Below are positions 29,723 through 38,433 of a stretch of DNA of 64,000 bases, piece after piece. The DNA comes from Nitrososphaerota archaeon. GTDB lineage: Archaea; Thermoproteota; EX4484-205; JAAOZP01. The stretch's first letter is position 1; every line of letters begins with the position of its first letter. The stretch spans positions 26,876 to 90,875 of the forward strand of contig JAAOZP010000003.1 in NCBI GenBank assembly GCA_011605725.1, read 5' to 3'. The notes beneath the pieces are model-generated. The model did no database searches, had not been told where the DNA came from, and saw nothing but the letters and a program-made list of their open reading frames with translations. The position numbers and the translations under genes were made by a program.

Positions 29723-29736
29723 CAGCGCGCGCGCTA
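29723..29736. repeat. Boundary palindrome with (GC)5 core, CAGCGCGCGCGCTA
   Basis: Read directly. Confidence 0.9.
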
Positions 29737-29792
29737 CTCCGTTGCTTTAAATAAATGGCTACTTAAAATATTTAAATGTCGGCTAAAGATAT

Positions 29793-31529
29793 ATGAGTAT
29801 TATGAGCATCCAAGATCAATTGGGTGAACCCGAGAGTAAGTCTTTTAACATCAGGAAAATTCTGAACCTTATTAATGAACATGAGTGGAGCCTTTATTTA
29901 CCTTCTTTTCAAAGATCTTTTCTTTGGGATGAAGAAGATATTAAAAAGTTTCTTGAATCAATGCTAAACGGGTATCCTGCTGGATCTATTCTTTTATGGC
30001 ATCCTAGCAACAAAGGTATTGATCCATTTGCCAGAAAGTTTATAGATACTCGTCCAGAGCCTGATCACTCTGAAGTTTATTATATTCTGGACGGTCAACA
30101 AAGATTAACGGCACTCATGCTTCTCGCAAATGGCTGGAAGCTGGAAAGAGGCAGAAAAACAATTTCAAGATCTCCGATATCCTACAATCCATCTAAGCAA
30201 GGAGGAGAACTTATTAAAGGAATGAAAAGAGGAATCGATCTCTCTAGAGGGATTAAAGACCGATTAGGTGATGTTAAGGAAAGTCTCAGGCTAAAAAGGG
30301 AACTAGGGAGTAATTATAATGATTTCATACGCGCGATAGATAAAATTCTTAATTACGAAATGCCTATTTATGTTGTTAAAACTTTTAACGAAACACCAAA
30401 TATTCTTGGGAAAATGGCAAATATCTTTATAATGGTTAATAGAGCTGGACAGAGAATTACCAACGTAGAATTACTCTTATCTTATGCTGCTGGAGTTTTT
30501 GATCAAGAAATCGTTAATAATCTAAGAAATTATTATGATGAGATTCAAGAAAAATATGGTGAAGAAATCAGTATACAACCTTTCCTAAGATTTGCATTTT
30601 CTACTCCTCTAGTTGGGCTTAAGCAACAGGACATAGAAAATGTAGAAAGATTCAAGGCTTCTGTGAATAAAATAAAAGGGCAATTAACTCTTGATCGTAA
30701 AAAGATGTTGAATGAGAAGATTCAAAATGCATCTAAGTCGTTTGGCATAGCCTTAGACCTCGTTTTAGAGATTTTCGGGAAGGCAGCCATCGAGCTCTTA
30801 CCATCGCACATATCGTTAATTCCCATAGCTTGCTATCTTCATATAAATGACATAAGTAGCGTAAAGGAGCTTAATGAAAATGAGAAAGCATTGATTAAAA
30901 AATGGCTTTTGTTGGTGAATTTTAATGGATATTATTCGACAAGACCCTCTGTTAAGCTTCAGAAAGATATTGAGACTTTAGATCAATCTGGAAGATTTCC
31001 ATTTCGAGAGTTTCTTGAAAACATTAAAGGAAATAAGCCCTCGGCAATCCGGATATCCAAGGATAGCATTGTGGAAGGCTGTAACAAAGACATTCTAAGG
31101 AAGCCGAATCTCTCGTATCTTTTCCTACTTTATGTAGCACTAGTAGATAATGAGGCAAACGATTTGACTGGAAGATTAATAAGGAATCTTAATTTTGAAG
31201 AACTTGCTAGGCATCATATATTTCCAAGAGATAAACTCAAAAAAGAATTCAATATTCCGGAGGAGATATCTGAAGAAGATTATCCTATAAAGGGCATAAA
31301 TGGGCTCGGAAATATCACTTTAGTACATACAGATGCAAATAGCGAAATATCTGACGAAGAACCGAAAGAGTATTTTAATAGGTATCGGCGCGAAGACCTT
31401 ACTAAGCATTTTATTCCCATTAATGACGATAAGCTATGGGATCTTAAAAAGTTTGATGATTTTGTTGAAAAAAGAATAGAGAAGATTTATGACTTCCTTA
31501 AAGAACGATATCAGGACATAATTGAATAA
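29793..31529 (+). CDS. GmrSD/SspE-like DUF262 plus DUF1524 (HNH) restriction protein
   Basis: PSFQRSFLW, ILDGQQRLT, F..VN..G; HHIFPR...GNITLV...N. Confidence 0.88.
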   Translation: MSIMSIQDQLGEPESKSFNIRKILNLINEHEWSLYLPSFQRSFLWDEEDIKKFLESMLNGYPAGSILLWHPSNKGIDPFARKFIDTRPEPDHSEVYYILDGQQRLTALMLLANGWKLERGRKTISRSPISYNPSKQGGELIKGMKRGIDLSRGIKDRLGDVKESLRLKRELGSNYNDFIRAIDKILNYEMPIYVVKTFNETPNILGKMANIFIMVNRAGQRITNVELLLSYAAGVFDQEIVNNLRNYYDEIQEKYGEEISIQPFLRFAFSTPLVGLKQQDIENVERFKASVNKIKGQLTLDRKKMLNEKIQNASKSFGIALDLVLEIFGKAAIELLPSHISLIPIACYLHINDISSVKELNENEKALIKKWLLLVNFNGYYSTRPSVKLQKDIETLDQSGRFPFREFLENIKGNKPSAIRISKDSIVEGCNKDILRKPNLSYLFLLYVALVDNEANDLTGRLIRNLNFEELARHHIFPRDKLKKEFNIPEEISEEDYPIKGINGLGNITLVHTDANSEISDEEPKEYFNRYRREDLTKHFIPINDDKLWDLKKFDDFVEKRIEKIYDFLKERYQDIIE

Positions 31530-31581
31530 TAGATTATTACATACTGGCTAAGGCTATATGGCTCTTTCGCGCGCCAACGTA

Positions 31582-32061
31582 CTATTCGCGATGTTCAGTA
31601 GGGGGTGTGGCTCCACCAATAACGCATAGGGCGTTGATCACCCTTAACCCACTGGTTTCCTTGCTGACTAACCCTAGAAACTTGCTCGTCCAGAACCATA
31701 CTTCCTCAGGCGTGCACGACATTAGGTATCTCATGGTTTTCTCCGCCGTTTCATCCGTCTCGGCGTAAGCTAATGTTGCTGTCGCTAAACCTATTCTATA
31801 CGCGTCCACCATGGCCTCCATGCTCTTCGGTGGAAAGTCTATGCGGAAACCTGTACGTGTCCTTCTGCTCCCATATTTAGCCACCAGCTCTTTTATATGA
31901 GGGCGAATCATTATTACGCGGCTGCCCTTCAATGAACCGATGATGAAGCTTGGACGCCTGAGCTCGTGTGGTAGGGCCAGCTCCCTTGATTTCGGCCAAG
32001 CCTCTACAGACACCTTTTCATTTTTTCCCTTCGAATATTTCAACACGTATTTGTAGGTCAA
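31582..32061 (-). CDS. DUF3780-like partner of the DUF499 ATPase
   Basis: PEEVWFW motif; 2 nt downstream of the DUF499 gene. Confidence 0.55.
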   Translation of the reverse strand: MTYKYVLKYSKGKNEKVSVEAWPKSRELALPHELRRPSFIIGSLKGSRVIMIRPHIKELVAKYGSRRTRTGFRIDFPPKSMEAMVDAYRIGLATATLAYAETDETAEKTMRYLMSCTPEEVWFWTSKFLGLVSKETSGLRVINALCVIGGATPPTEHRE

Positions 32062-32063
32062 GC

Positions 32064-35012
32064 CTATGCACCTACATTTGCCTCGAGGCCTGCCACTATA
32101 TCCTTACCAAGGCTTCTAAGCACCCCTGCAGCATCCTCTGGCTTAACCGGCTCACCCCATTTAAGCTCAAGCCGCACCTGTAGCGAATCTATTCCCTTAA
32201 GCCTCCAGAGGAGATCCAGCATGCTCTTACCCTCCTCTTTCTGCAAATCCTCCTTATTAATTTCGAAAGAGATCGTGTAACTAGGAGACCTAGGCCTAGT
32301 AATCGACCCCGATAACCTTATGTTGCAATTTCTCTCCGGGCCTAGGCGGGTGAGAAGGTTTTTAATCTCAAGAAGCTGTCCAGCATCATTAGAGGAAATC
32401 TTTAAAATCACACTATTAACTTTAGTAAAACGGTCCCGAATAGCTCTCTTCTCTATGTCGTTCGCCAAAGTTTCAACAGAGGATTCTGCAAGCACTATTA
32501 AGGTTGGACGCACCTTTTCCTCGGTGGGTTCAATTCCCCTCTTTTCCCCAGTATCTTTAGACACCTTTTCTTTTCCTCGGAGAAGCTTGTCGGCTTCTTC
32601 TGGCGTTAGTAACTCGGTGCGCTCATCCATTAAAATAGACTTCGGAGGATTATCCTTAGTATATATCATGTCTCCACACTTCAGAACCCATACCCCGTTT
32701 TCAACACCTCTTCTAACAGTTTCCAGAAACTTATCCTTAGACGACGAAATTATCATACCGGGTTTCCTGTAGAATTGCTCAAACAGCATCCTTATGCTTA
32801 CGCTTTCTGCCCCCGCTGGCCAAACATTGGAGAACACGTATACAGGGTCAAGAGGCTCGTCCTTTACCCTGCCAAGCACGTTAACCAGTATATGCTTAAG
32901 CATATCGTAGCCACTGGCACCGGAAGCATAGCCGCTTCCATCTCTTACAGGTATTACTTTAACTCCCTCCGCATCATAATATACGAAGTTAGAAAAGGCT
33001 CCTCTGATGTAGTCGTGAAGATTCTTTTCCTGTCTTGCCAAATACTCTTCAACATCGTTTTTTCTATCCTCACTTATACCATACTTCTTTAGGTCTCCCT
33101 TCACCATCCTCGCCGCCACTACCTTCCTAGCCACTTGCTTCATGGGTTCAATCCTGTCTTGAGCAGCAACCAGCAGAAACGTGGAGTTGGTGAACATCCT
33201 TGCATGTTGACCATGATCATCCCTATGTTCTAGAAACCTTCTAACTCGCTCTGGAACAGTTCTGTCTGATATTACGTATTCATTGGGGTTAAGTATTGCG
33301 ACTTGAATTACGGGCTCGTCGTCAAAGACTTTGCTTGGAGATGATGGGAAGAGCTCTACATCTATCCAGTCGGGCGATGAAGGAGTTCGTTTGAAAAGCT
33401 CATTCCGCAGCTTCTCCTTGATAACCTCTAGAGTTTCGCTCTCAGTTATGTCCCTCGACAGAAGGTCGATAACCCTTATTGGCGTCGGCTCTCTAACGAA
33501 GACAAATCTCTCGCCTTGCCTGTCGACAAAATGGAAGTTTTCTGAAAGATAATCCAGCACGATGTCACGTACCCTCATAAAGTGTTCCCTCCTGGCCGGC
33601 GTGACTAGTAGCGAAACCAGAAGCTCCGACCTAATGCCTTTATCCCCCTCCTTTCCAGCAGTTAAGCTATAAAGGTAAATCGTATTACAAGCTCTCCTAA
33701 CGAGCGGTACTCCCCAGTTTTCCTTAGCCTGCTCATCCAGTTTTTCAGCAACAGCAGTACCGTCACCCTTCCAAACATCGGCTTCCACAGCATTTCTGAG
33801 CTTCTGCTCTCCGATATGCGTGGATAATTCGGCAAGCACATCTCGGTCAGCTAGGTCCACATGGAAAGGATGGATTAAGGTAGCGTCTTCCTCTTTTTCC
33901 GACCACATCTTGCGAACAACCTTAACGAGGAGCCGTAAAGCCCCCCTTGTTCTCTGAAACCTGTCGAGGGTAGCAACCCTCTCGTACAGGACTCTTATTA
34001 GATGAGGGTGAAAAGGATAATAATCCCTTATCATATCTCTGTAAGACTTGCTCTTAAACTCGTCTGGAACCGTTAGACTCTGGTAGAGCTCGTGATAAGC
34101 ATCAGCCACATCCTCCGCCACCTTACTGTTAATCTTCTTAAACAGGCGTCTCTTCAAAATGTGGACGGCATCCTCCTCTTCTATCGGGACTAAGACAAGT
34201 TCTTTTCTCGCTACATGGGCCCTCGTCTCAGCCATCGCATTCCTAACAGCATCTGAAACCGCTTGCCTAGCCTTCTCAGCCTCAGACCTGTAAACGTCCT
34301 CAGCAATCGCCATCACTAGGACAGCGTCATCCTTCTCGGACACGGCTAGCACAAGCCTCTGAATCCACATTATAGTCTTATCAAGCATATCCTTCTCGAG
34401 GGCTACGAGCTTCAAGTAGGACGGCAACTCGTCGAGAAGAATCAGGACAGGTCCTCCCTCAAGAACCTTCTTAATGTCGTCGATACCGGGGACCTTTGCT
34501 TCCCGGTCAATACCAGCATAGTCATCATATTTGCCCAACTGCCAGAAGAGGTCGCCCCATATCGTTCTGATTCTGGTGCCGTCCCTAGTTATGCCATCAC
34601 TCTTATAGTCCTCACCACTGATAGTCACAACCTTCACGTTCCGAGGAAACCTTAGGTTCCCCAAGAATTCCGAAACCTCGCTTCTGCCACTGTATTTGGC
34701 TGCATAATAGAGAGTGGCAAGAGTATGAGTCTTACCGCCGCCGAAGCCAACGTCGAGGACGATAACCGGGTTTACACCCTTCTTAGTGCCCGACAGCCTC
34801 CCGGCTACACTCTCCAATATCAGCCTCATGTTGCTAGTTAAGTGCGTCGCGGATAGAAATGAAACAGGGTTATCGTAAGGTGGCTTAGCAGTTCCTGAGA
34901 CAATCGTGGAGAGCCTGAGAGCCAGGTCGGCATCTGTTAACGAGCCTGATAAAACCTCTTCCCTGGGAATACAAGCCTCCTCATCCCAGACCCGGGGAAC
35001 ATGTTCCGACAT
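32064..35012 (-). CDS. DUF499 AAA+ ATPase (BrxC/PglY-related)
   Basis: FGGGKTHTL, TIWG, ILLDEL, YPFHP, FQRTRGALRL. Confidence 0.9.
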   Translation of the reverse strand: MSEHVPRVWDEEACIPREEVLSGSLTDADLALRLSTIVSGTAKPPYDNPVSFLSATHLTSNMRLILESVAGRLSGTKKGVNPVIVLDVGFGGGKTHTLATLYYAAKYSGRSEVSEFLGNLRFPRNVKVVTISGEDYKSDGITRDGTRIRTIWGDLFWQLGKYDDYAGIDREAKVPGIDDIKKVLEGGPVLILLDELPSYLKLVALEKDMLDKTIMWIQRLVLAVSEKDDAVLVMAIAEDVYRSEAEKARQAVSDAVRNAMAETRAHVARKELVLVPIEEEDAVHILKRRLFKKINSKVAEDVADAYHELYQSLTVPDEFKSKSYRDMIRDYYPFHPHLIRVLYERVATLDRFQRTRGALRLLVKVVRKMWSEKEEDATLIHPFHVDLADRDVLAELSTHIGEQKLRNAVEADVWKGDGTAVAEKLDEQAKENWGVPLVRRACNTIYLYSLTAGKEGDKGIRSELLVSLLVTPARREHFMRVRDIVLDYLSENFHFVDRQGERFVFVREPTPIRVIDLLSRDITESETLEVIKEKLRNELFKRTPSSPDWIDVELFPSSPSKVFDDEPVIQVAILNPNEYVISDRTVPERVRRFLEHRDDHGQHARMFTNSTFLLVAAQDRIEPMKQVARKVVAARMVKGDLKKYGISEDRKNDVEEYLARQEKNLHDYIRGAFSNFVYYDAEGVKVIPVRDGSGYASGASGYDMLKHILVNVLGRVKDEPLDPVYVFSNVWPAGAESVSIRMLFEQFYRKPGMIISSSKDKFLETVRRGVENGVWVLKCGDMIYTKDNPPKSILMDERTELLTPEEADKLLRGKEKVSKDTGEKRGIEPTEEKVRPTLIVLAESSVETLANDIEKRAIRDRFTKVNSVILKISSNDAGQLLEIKNLLTRLGPERNCNIRLSGSITRPRSPSYTISFEINKEDLQKEEGKSMLDLLWRLKGIDSLQVRLELKWGEPVKPEDAAGVLRSLGKDIVAGLEANVGA

Positions 35013-35035
35013 ACGATAATAAGAACCCAGGCAAG

Positions 35036-35047
35036 CTATTTAAATAG
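35036..35047. promoter_or_regulatory. Palindromic, probably bidirectional TATA box CTATTTAAATAG
   Basis: Perfect palindrome about 24 nt from ATG 35012 (-) and about 26 nt from in-frame ATG 35073 (+). Confidence 0.6.
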
Positions 35048-35063
35048 TTAGCCTCAGTACATT

Positions 35064-37874
35064 ATGCTGAAAATGCCGGAGAAAATCGGCGCACCGGCTG
35101 AAAGAAGGGTTCTGATAGACGACTGGTTCCCAGCCGGAGAGGCTAGCGTCGAAAGCGTGAGAGAGAGGAGTGTAGGTCAGAATCCGCCAATAAACAGAAT
35201 GCATGTCTGGTTTGCACGCCGACCGTTAGTTGCATCCAGGGCCGCGGTCCTAGCCTCCATCCTCCCGCCTGATACGACGAGAGAGTCTTTCCTGAGGCTT
35301 CTAGGAATCCCGCCGGATAAGGATGTTGTCGGGGCAAGCGAACAGCTGGAGAGGGCGAAGGCTATGGGAACAAGGCTTGAGCAAAATCCGCTCAGCTGGC
35401 CCCGGGCCTTCAAATACACTCCTACTAGGCAACAGCTGGCTGAGCTTAAACAGAGCATCTCAAAGTTTTGGGGCAAGAGTGAAGTAACTGTCTTAGACCC
35501 AATGGCGGGCGGAGGCAGCATACCCTACGAGGCTCTTCGCCTAGGTCTGAACGTTGTGGCGATGGACCTGAATCCCGTGGCATTCCTATGCCTAAAGACG
35601 ACGCTAGAATACCCTACGAGGTTCAGGGGCAAGCTCATACCTGCTGTTAGAGATTTTTGCGAGAAAATACATGAAAAAGCAAAACTAGAATTGGAAAAAT
35701 ACTTTCCAAAAGGAAAGTCAGAGAACGTATATGCCTACCTCTGGGCAAGAACCATAAAGTGTCCTTCATGCGGCCTGGTAATTCCGCTCTCTCCCAACTG
35801 GTGGATTGTCAGGCAGGGTGACAAGAACGATAAGGCCGTAAAGCTAACCGTCAGTAACTCTTCAAATACCTGTTCCTTCGAAATAGTTGAAAACCCGCGC
35901 AAGCATGGAATTAATCCGGACGAGGGAACTGACATCGGTAAGGCTGCGAGGTGCCCGAGGTGCAAGACGACCATCAGCTCAACCGAGGTCAAGAGACAGG
36001 CTCAAGAGGGCTCCATGGGTCATCAGCTCTACGCAGTATCAACAAAGACTTTTTTGAATTTCAAGGAAGTCGAATGGGTCTTCAGGCCTCCTACTCCAGG
36101 GGAGATCGAGGCGGTTAGGGAAGCAGAGGAAAGGCTGAGGGAGAAACTGCCAGACTGGGAATCAAAAGGCCTTGTTCCCGTGGAAGTTATACCTGAAGGG
36201 CTAAAGACAAGAGAACCACTGAATTTCGGTCTACGCCGATGGTGCGACCTCTTTAATCCTCGCCAACTCCTTACGCACCTGACCTATCTTGAGAAGTTCC
36301 TTGAGGCCAAGAAGGAGCTCTTGGAGAAGGCTACAAACGAGGAAGAAAGAGAATTTGCAAAGGCCGTAGTAACATACGGTGCTCTAGTCTTTGATACTAG
36401 TGTTGACTATAATTCGGTTCTTACTAGGTGGGGACCCACAAGACAGGGTATACGGGGTTCAATGGCTGTCCAGGCATTTCCGTTCAAGACGAGCTACGCT
36501 GAGTGGAATCAGCTGGTTCCTAAGGGTGGTTACGAGTGGGCCTTGGAGAAGGTGCTTGATGCCCTTGAGGAGATCGTGAAGCTTCTCCCCGAAGAGGCTG
36601 GCGATGTTAAGGTCTTCTGCGGGGACGCTGCTTCCATCCCGCTGCCTGATGGGAGTGTGGACTGCATTGTCGTTGACCCTCCCTACTACGAGAACGTTAT
36701 GTATGGCGAGGTCAGCGACTTCTTCTACGTGTGGTTGAAGAGGCTCGTCGGGGATCTTTACCCTGAGGAGTTTTCAGGCGAGCTGTCGAACAAGGAGGAT
36801 GAGGCTGTTGCCAACCCGGCGATGTTCAGAGGCATGGGGGGAAGAGCGAAGAGGTTAGCGAGCCAGCATTACGAGTCGAAGATGGAGGCCTGCTTCAGAG
36901 AGATGAGGAGGGTTCTCAGGGATGATGGGGTTATGGTTGTGATGTTCACGCATAGGAAGGCGGAGGCCTGGGCCAGCTTGGCAACGGCTTTGATGAACGC
37001 AGGCTTCACGTTCAGGGCCTCCTGGCCGGTTGCAACCGAGCCCGGCCAGAAGTTCGGCAAGGCGGAGAAGGGCGTTCTCAGGATCACCGTTCTCCTGAGG
37101 TGTCAGAAGCGCGCCGCCGAGAAGAGGGGACTGTGGGAGGAGGTTAGGAGGGAGCTTCTGGAGGAGGCGGAGAGGAAGGTTAGGGAGCATGACTCTAAGG
37201 GGATAAGGGGCCCGGACCTCTTGGTCAGCGTCTACGGTCCTGTCTTAGGCAGGTTCGCCGACTACTCTATGGTTAAGGATGCTGCTGGTAACATTAAGAC
37301 TCCTAGCGACGCCTTGGAAGTGGTGGCTGAAGCTGTTAACAGGTTCCTGACGGAGGATATACAGAGTGCGGATGTGGAGACGCTTGCCTACCTCAACCTT
37401 CTCAGGAACTTTCCCAATCTGACTGTTGAGTATGACTTGGCTAGGATAACGACGGTCTTCGGGGGCAACGTCAGCCTGGACCTCCTAGACGTTAAGGGGG
37501 GAAGTGGGCTGGTTTGGAAGGAGAAGGGGAAGGTCAGTATTCTGCTCTCTAAGGATAGGCTTGCCAACGGTATAATTAATCCTGCGAAGCCTGAGAGGCT
37601 CAAGACGCTTATAGACGTGGTTCACGCTGCGCTCATACAGTATGAGAGAGTAGGAATGCTGGCGGTGAAAAACCTGTTGAAGGAGAAGGGGAGGGACTAC
37701 AGGGATTCAGGCTTCATCTCAGCCTTAAGGGCTATCGCGCAACTAGGCTATGATGAAAACGGGTCTAAGAAGCTTCGTGAAGAAGCGAGGACGGCCAGCA
37801 CGCTTTTGGAGGCGCTTGGATACAGGCCTGAATCCTTCCTGAGGAAGGGGGAAAAGATAACTCATTTCACTTGA
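35064..37874 (+). CDS. DUF1156 adenine-specific DNA methyltransferase with Zn ribbons (start may be 35073)
   Basis: HVWFARRPL, LDPMAGGGSIP, CPSC/CPRC, DPPYY. Confidence 0.92.
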   Translation: MLKMPEKIGAPAERRVLIDDWFPAGEASVESVRERSVGQNPPINRMHVWFARRPLVASRAAVLASILPPDTTRESFLRLLGIPPDKDVVGASEQLERAKAMGTRLEQNPLSWPRAFKYTPTRQQLAELKQSISKFWGKSEVTVLDPMAGGGSIPYEALRLGLNVVAMDLNPVAFLCLKTTLEYPTRFRGKLIPAVRDFCEKIHEKAKLELEKYFPKGKSENVYAYLWARTIKCPSCGLVIPLSPNWWIVRQGDKNDKAVKLTVSNSSNTCSFEIVENPRKHGINPDEGTDIGKAARCPRCKTTISSTEVKRQAQEGSMGHQLYAVSTKTFLNFKEVEWVFRPPTPGEIEAVREAEERLREKLPDWESKGLVPVEVIPEGLKTREPLNFGLRRWCDLFNPRQLLTHLTYLEKFLEAKKELLEKATNEEEREFAKAVVTYGALVFDTSVDYNSVLTRWGPTRQGIRGSMAVQAFPFKTSYAEWNQLVPKGGYEWALEKVLDALEEIVKLLPEEAGDVKVFCGDAASIPLPDGSVDCIVVDPPYYENVMYGEVSDFFYVWLKRLVGDLYPEEFSGELSNKEDEAVANPAMFRGMGGRAKRLASQHYESKMEACFREMRRVLRDDGVMVVMFTHRKAEAWASLATALMNAGFTFRASWPVATEPGQKFGKAEKGVLRITVLLRCQKRAAEKRGLWEEVRRELLEEAERKVREHDSKGIRGPDLLVSVYGPVLGRFADYSMVKDAAGNIKTPSDALEVVAEAVNRFLTEDIQSADVETLAYLNLLRNFPNLTVEYDLARITTVFGGNVSLDLLDVKGGSGLVWKEKGKVSILLSKDRLANGIINPAKPERLKTLIDVVHAALIQYERVGMLAVKNLLKEKGRDYRDSGFISALRAIAQLGYDENGSKKLREEARTASTLLEALGYRPESFLRKGEKITHFT

Positions 37875-37908
37875 GGCATGGAACATAGATGTATAAGCTT
37901 GATTAGCA

Positions 37909-38433
37909 TTAGGAATGGATGTCGGAAATTTCCACGGCTTCTATTCTAGACTCTCCCAGGATGCCCTGTCTCCAAGAGGCTAGGTATTGCTCCAGCTTCT
38001 CAAGCCTTACAAGGATCTTCTCAGCCTGCTCCATCTCCCTGCGGCCGTTTCCCTCTAAGAGCCCTACAGCCTTGGATCCGTGTCTCAAGATGCCTCTGAG
38101 CAGCCTGTCATGGTCAACTGATTCACGTTGCCTCTCCACCAGGTGCATGTTTTCTTGAACGAATTTTCTGAGCGGGGCGTTCATGCTCGTAAGCCTTTTT
38201 TCAAGCGCCATCCTTACTTGATTTGTTGAAGGCCTTCTTTCTAAATCATGGTCTAGTGAGGCGAAATATACGCCAGCCTTATAGATGTGCCTAGCGATAA
38301 GCTCATGAGCGCCTTCAACCATGTTTCTCCTGAAGGATTCAAGTCTTCTTTCCTGCTCGGCGTCAATAATCCTTCCCCTGCTTCTGGCTGAGACCAGTGC
38401 TTGCTCAATGCTCTTCCTACAGCTGCACGTCAT
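37909..38433 (-). CDS. Hypothetical helical protein coupled to the SNF2 helicase
   Basis: ATGA start/stop overlap with 38430..41756. Confidence 0.6.
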   Translation of the reverse strand: MTCSCRKSIEQALVSARSRGRIIDAEQERRLESFRRNMVEGAHELIARHIYKAGVYFASLDHDLERRPSTNQVRMALEKRLTSMNAPLRKFVQENMHLVERQRESVDHDRLLRGILRHGSKAVGLLEGNGRREMEQAEKILVRLEKLEQYLASWRQGILGESRIEAVEISDIHS

